DNA of 64,000 bases, from assembly GCA_943788005.1 (NCBI GenBank), contig CALSOP010000008.1:129463-193462 (forward strand), read 5' to 3'. Source of the stretch: an uncultured Gammaproteobacteria bacterium. GTDB taxonomy: Bacteria; Pseudomonadota; Gammaproteobacteria; Eutrophobiales; Eutrophobiaceae. Position numbers and translations under genes: made by a program. Numbering within the stretch: the first letter of the stretch is position 1; each line of letters begins with the position of its first letter. The notes beneath the pieces were generated by a model. It saw only the letters and a program-made list of their open reading frames with translations, ran no database searches and was not told where the DNA came from. Shown here piece by piece: positions 61,172 to 64,000 of the stretch.

Positions 61172-62215
61172 ATGATAATAAAAAACCAAAAAATTGGTAT
61201 TGATGAACCTCCTTTTATCATTGCTGAAATGTCAGGAAACCACAATCAGTCATTAGATAGGGCATTGCAAATGGTAACTGAAGCTGCAAATTCAGGAGTT
61301 GATGCAATAAAACTTCAAACATTCACTGCAGATACTATTACTCTTGATGTGCGATATGGAGATTTTCTTATTGATGATGAAGAAAGCCTATGGAATGGAA
61401 AAAATCTTTATGATTTATATAAACTAGCTCACACACCTTGGGAATGGCATGCCCCTATTATGGAACGGGCACAAGAACTCGGGTTAATATGTTTTAGTAC
61501 ACCGTTTGATGAAAGTGCCGTTGATTTTTTAGAAACACTTGATGTGCCTGCATATAAAATAGCCTCTTTTGAAAATATCCATCTGCCACTCATTAAAAAA
61601 GTTGCATCAACGGGTAAGCCTATATTGCTTTCTACTGGGATGGCTAGTTTAACTGAGCTTGGTGAAGCTGTTGATGTTATAAATAAAGCAGGTTGTAAAG
61701 ATCTAGTGATGCTCAAATGCACCAGCACTTATCCAGCAAAACCAACAAGTAGTAATATAATGACAATACCTAATATGAAAGATGTATTTAATTGCCAAGT
61801 CGGATTGTCAGATCATACGTTAGGTATTGGTGTGGCGATAGCCGCCGTAGCACATGGTGCAACAGTGATTGAAAAACATTTTACTCTTAATCGGAAAGAT
61901 GGTGGTGTGGATAGTGCGTTCTCGTTGGAACCAAGTGAATTTCGTTCATTAGTCGAGGAAACAAAACGAGCATGGCAGTCTTTAGGGAATATCAGTTATG
62001 GAACAAGTGACGCAGAAACGAATTCAAAAATATTCAGGCGCTCTCTTTATATTTCAGAGGATGTAAAGAAAGGGGATGTTTTAACTGAGAAAAACCTTCG
62101 TTGTGTGCGGCCAGGGATGGGAATGCCGCCAAAATACATAGATATTTTACTAGGAAAACGCGTGAATCAGGATTTAAGAAAAGGGACGCCAATGAATTGG
62201 GGTTTAATTGAATAG
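61172..62215 (+). CDS. pseI: Pseudaminic acid synthase (PseI-type, NeuB family)
   Basis: PPFIIAEMSGNHNQSLDRAL, LSDHT, and a C-terminal SAF domain (antifreeze-like). Confidence 0.85.
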   Translation: MIIKNQKIGIDEPPFIIAEMSGNHNQSLDRALQMVTEAANSGVDAIKLQTFTADTITLDVRYGDFLIDDEESLWNGKNLYDLYKLAHTPWEWHAPIMERAQELGLICFSTPFDESAVDFLETLDVPAYKIASFENIHLPLIKKVASTGKPILLSTGMASLTELGEAVDVINKAGCKDLVMLKCTSTYPAKPTSSNIMTIPNMKDVFNCQVGLSDHTLGIGVAIAAVAHGATVIEKHFTLNRKDGGVDSAFSLEPSEFRSLVEETKRAWQSLGNISYGTSDAETNSKIFRRSLYISEDVKKGDVLTEKNLRCVRPGMGMPPKYIDILLGKRVNQDLRKGTPMNWGLIE

Positions 62216-62225
62216 TTAGTTTTGT

Positions 62226-63188
62226 ATGTACAGTGTCTTAATAATAGGCTTAGGGAATATTGGTATGGGTTATGACCTTAACCATGATCCAGATAAATAT
62301 ATTCTTTCCCATGCCAGAGCGTTTCAAAAACATCCTAAATTTAAATTAATTGCAGGGGTTGATGTAGATATAGATCGCCGCGAGTTATTTGAATCACACT
62401 ATGGATGCCCTGCATTTACTACAGTTAGTGAAGCGTTAAAAAAGTCTAAAGCAGATGTGATCGTCGTCTCAAACCCAACCAAGCAACATATTCGTGCTTT
62501 GCAAGAAATTATTGAGTTTGGTCTACCCAGAGCTGTTTTATGTGAAAAACCTATAGCGTTTGATGTTAAACAGGCAGATGAAATAACAACTATTTTCAAA
62601 AAAAGAGGGTGCGAATTTTATGTAAATTACATGCGTCGTTCAGATGTAGGTGTTCATGAGCTATATGAGCGAATACATAGTGAGAATATTATTACGCCAG
62701 TGAAAGGGAACGTGTGGTATACAAATGGGTTATTTAATAATGCATCACATTTTATAAATCTATTGGAATACTTATTTGGAAAAGTTGAGAAATCAATTGT
62801 ACTTGATTCGGGCAAGAGGTCGATTTGTTCTGATCCAGAACCCGACTTTCAGCTTTCATTTGAAAAAGGAAAATTTAACTTCGTAGCTTTACCTGGCAAT
62901 AGTTTCTCTCATAACGTTCTTGAAATTATTGCATCAAATGGACGGATTCGATATGAGAATGGTGGAGAAAAAATAACATGGGAAGCCATAGAGTCAAATA
63001 AATTATTTCCAGGCCATGTTACTTTAAGTCTTGAAAAAGAAGTTTTACCTTCAGACTACAGACGTATTCAGTGGCATGTGGTCGATCAGCTCTCAGTATC
63101 TATGGATGGTGGGTCTGCACGAATTTGTAATGGAGATGATGCTCTAGGAACATTATATGTTCTTGACGATATTGAAAATCAATTATGA
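62226..63188 (+). CDS. Gfo/Idh/MocA-family oxidoreductase
   Basis: The N-terminal Rossmann motif IIGLGNIGMGY and a CEKP motif. 320 aa. Confidence 0.7.
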   Translation: MYSVLIIGLGNIGMGYDLNHDPDKYILSHARAFQKHPKFKLIAGVDVDIDRRELFESHYGCPAFTTVSEALKKSKADVIVVSNPTKQHIRALQEIIEFGLPRAVLCEKPIAFDVKQADEITTIFKKRGCEFYVNYMRRSDVGVHELYERIHSENIITPVKGNVWYTNGLFNNASHFINLLEYLFGKVEKSIVLDSGKRSICSDPEPDFQLSFEKGKFNFVALPGNSFSHNVLEIIASNGRIRYENGGEKITWEAIESNKLFPGHVTLSLEKEVLPSDYRRIQWHVVDQLSVSMDGGSARICNGDDALGTLYVLDDIENQL

Positions 63189-64000
63189 ATAAGAATAGTA
63201 GAAATAAAAAGGGTCAATTAGTTATCAATGGTGGTGAAAAAGTTATTCAAAAACCATTTGAGCGTTATCAGTCAATTGGCAAAGAAGAAGTTGAAGCAGC
63301 CAAGTCTGTTATTGAGTCAGGTGTGTTGTCAAAGTTTCTTGGTTGCTGGCATGAAGATTTCTATGGAGGCCCAAAGGTAAGAGAATTTGAAGAACTCTGC
63401 AAAGATTATTTTGATGTAAAGCATGCTATAACAGTCAATTCTTGGACTTCAGGATTAATTGCAGCAGTCGGTGCTATAGGAATCGAACCTGGAGATGAAG
63501 TCATAGTTAGTCCATGGACAATGTGTGCAAGTGCTACAGCAATTTTGCATTGGAATGCAATTCCTGTATTTGCAGATATTGAAACAGAGACCTTTTGTCT
63601 TGACCCTGAGTCTGTCAGAGCAAATATCACATCAAATACAAAAGCGATAATGGCTGTTGATATTGGTGGTCACTCAGCAAATATGACTAAGTTAAATGCA
63701 ATTGCAGAGGAATACAGTCTTAAAATTATTTCAGATACAGCACAAGCTCCGGGAGCATTGTATAAAGGTAAATATGCAGGCACATTAGCTGATGTTGGGG
63801 GGTATAGCCTTAATTATCACAAACATATTCATACTGGCGAAGGAGGAATACTCGTCACTAATGATGATGATATAGCAGAACGATTGCGCTTAATCAGAAA
63901 TCATGCCGAAGCTGTCGTAGGAGATAAAGGCGTAGAAGATATTAGTAATATGATTGGTCACAATTTCAGGCTAGGTGAAATTGAGTGTGCAATAGGCATC
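63185..64000 (+). CDS. Second DegT/DnrJ/EryC1/StrS-family aminotransferase, 3'-partial (runs off the window)
   Basis: The ATG at 63185 overlaps the previous stop and the frame is open to the window end. It encodes ...VIVSPWTMCASATAILHWNAIPVFADIE... and SLNYHKHIHTGEGG (the PLP Lys region). Confidence 0.8.
   Translation, partial: MNKNSRNKKGQLVINGGEKVIQKPFERYQSIGKEEVEAAKSVIESGVLSKFLGCWHEDFYGGPKVREFEELCKDYFDVKHAITVNSWTSGLIAAVGAIGIEPGDEVIVSPWTMCASATAILHWNAIPVFADIETETFCLDPESVRANITSNTKAIMAVDIGGHSANMTKLNAIAEEYSLKIISDTAQAPGALYKGKYAGTLADVGGYSLNYHKHIHTGEGGILVTNDDDIAERLRLIRNHAEAVVGDKGVEDISNMIGHNFRLGEIECAIGI

Overview
This 64-kb window comes from a low-GC gammaproteobacterial chromosome. I judged the taxon only from gene content and synteny, and I did not compute GC content.

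Three regions:
- 1-12 kb: a conserved housekeeping block on the + strand (rnr, rlmB, rpsF, rpsR, a DUF2232 membrane gene, rplI, dnaB, alr, radA). A tRNA-Leu(CAG) sits upstream of it, surrounded by tRNA-end repeats.
- 11.9-35.7 kb: two virtually identical 1501-bp IS3-family copies in inverted orientation. They bracket 20.8 kb of core genes: a truncated algD-like gene, algC/pgm, pilZ, corC, ypjD, ffh, maeB, dsbB, an AEC transporter, a YheT-like hydrolase, ygfZ, sdhE, sdhBADC, gph, ubiG and mlaA.
- 42.6-64 kb: a surface-polysaccharide region. It holds a UDP-GlcA epimerase, two nucleotide-sugar dehydrogenases, a cysC remnant, vapBC, rfaH, a waaL-like ligase, a GNAT and a MarR-type regulator. It ends in a long co-directional pseudaminic-acid-type (pseC/G/F/I) nonulosonic-acid cluster that runs off the window.

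Most notable observations:
1. The pse cluster is non-canonical. A formyltransferase sits in the PseH slot, there is a cytidylyltransferase fused to a class-III aminotransferase, and extra redox and aminotransferase genes are present. An ops/JUMPStart-like element lies in its leader and rfaH is encoded 4 kb upstream.
2. An ORF of 56 aa, absent from the supplied track, encodes a DUF1674/SDHAF4-like protein directly upstream of sdhC. Together with sdhE, ygfZ and a ygfX-like gene it makes a compact SDH-assembly neighbourhood.
3. A 4-kb tract (38.2-42.2 kb) carries concentrated gene decay: a yhdH-like remnant, leuC, leuD and the normally essential gltX. A MITE-like element lies just upstream of it.
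4. Two tandem modules of about 0.5 kb are bounded by tRNA-Leu 3'-end repeats.

All functional calls rest on motifs and family resemblance that I recognised by eye. No database search was possible.
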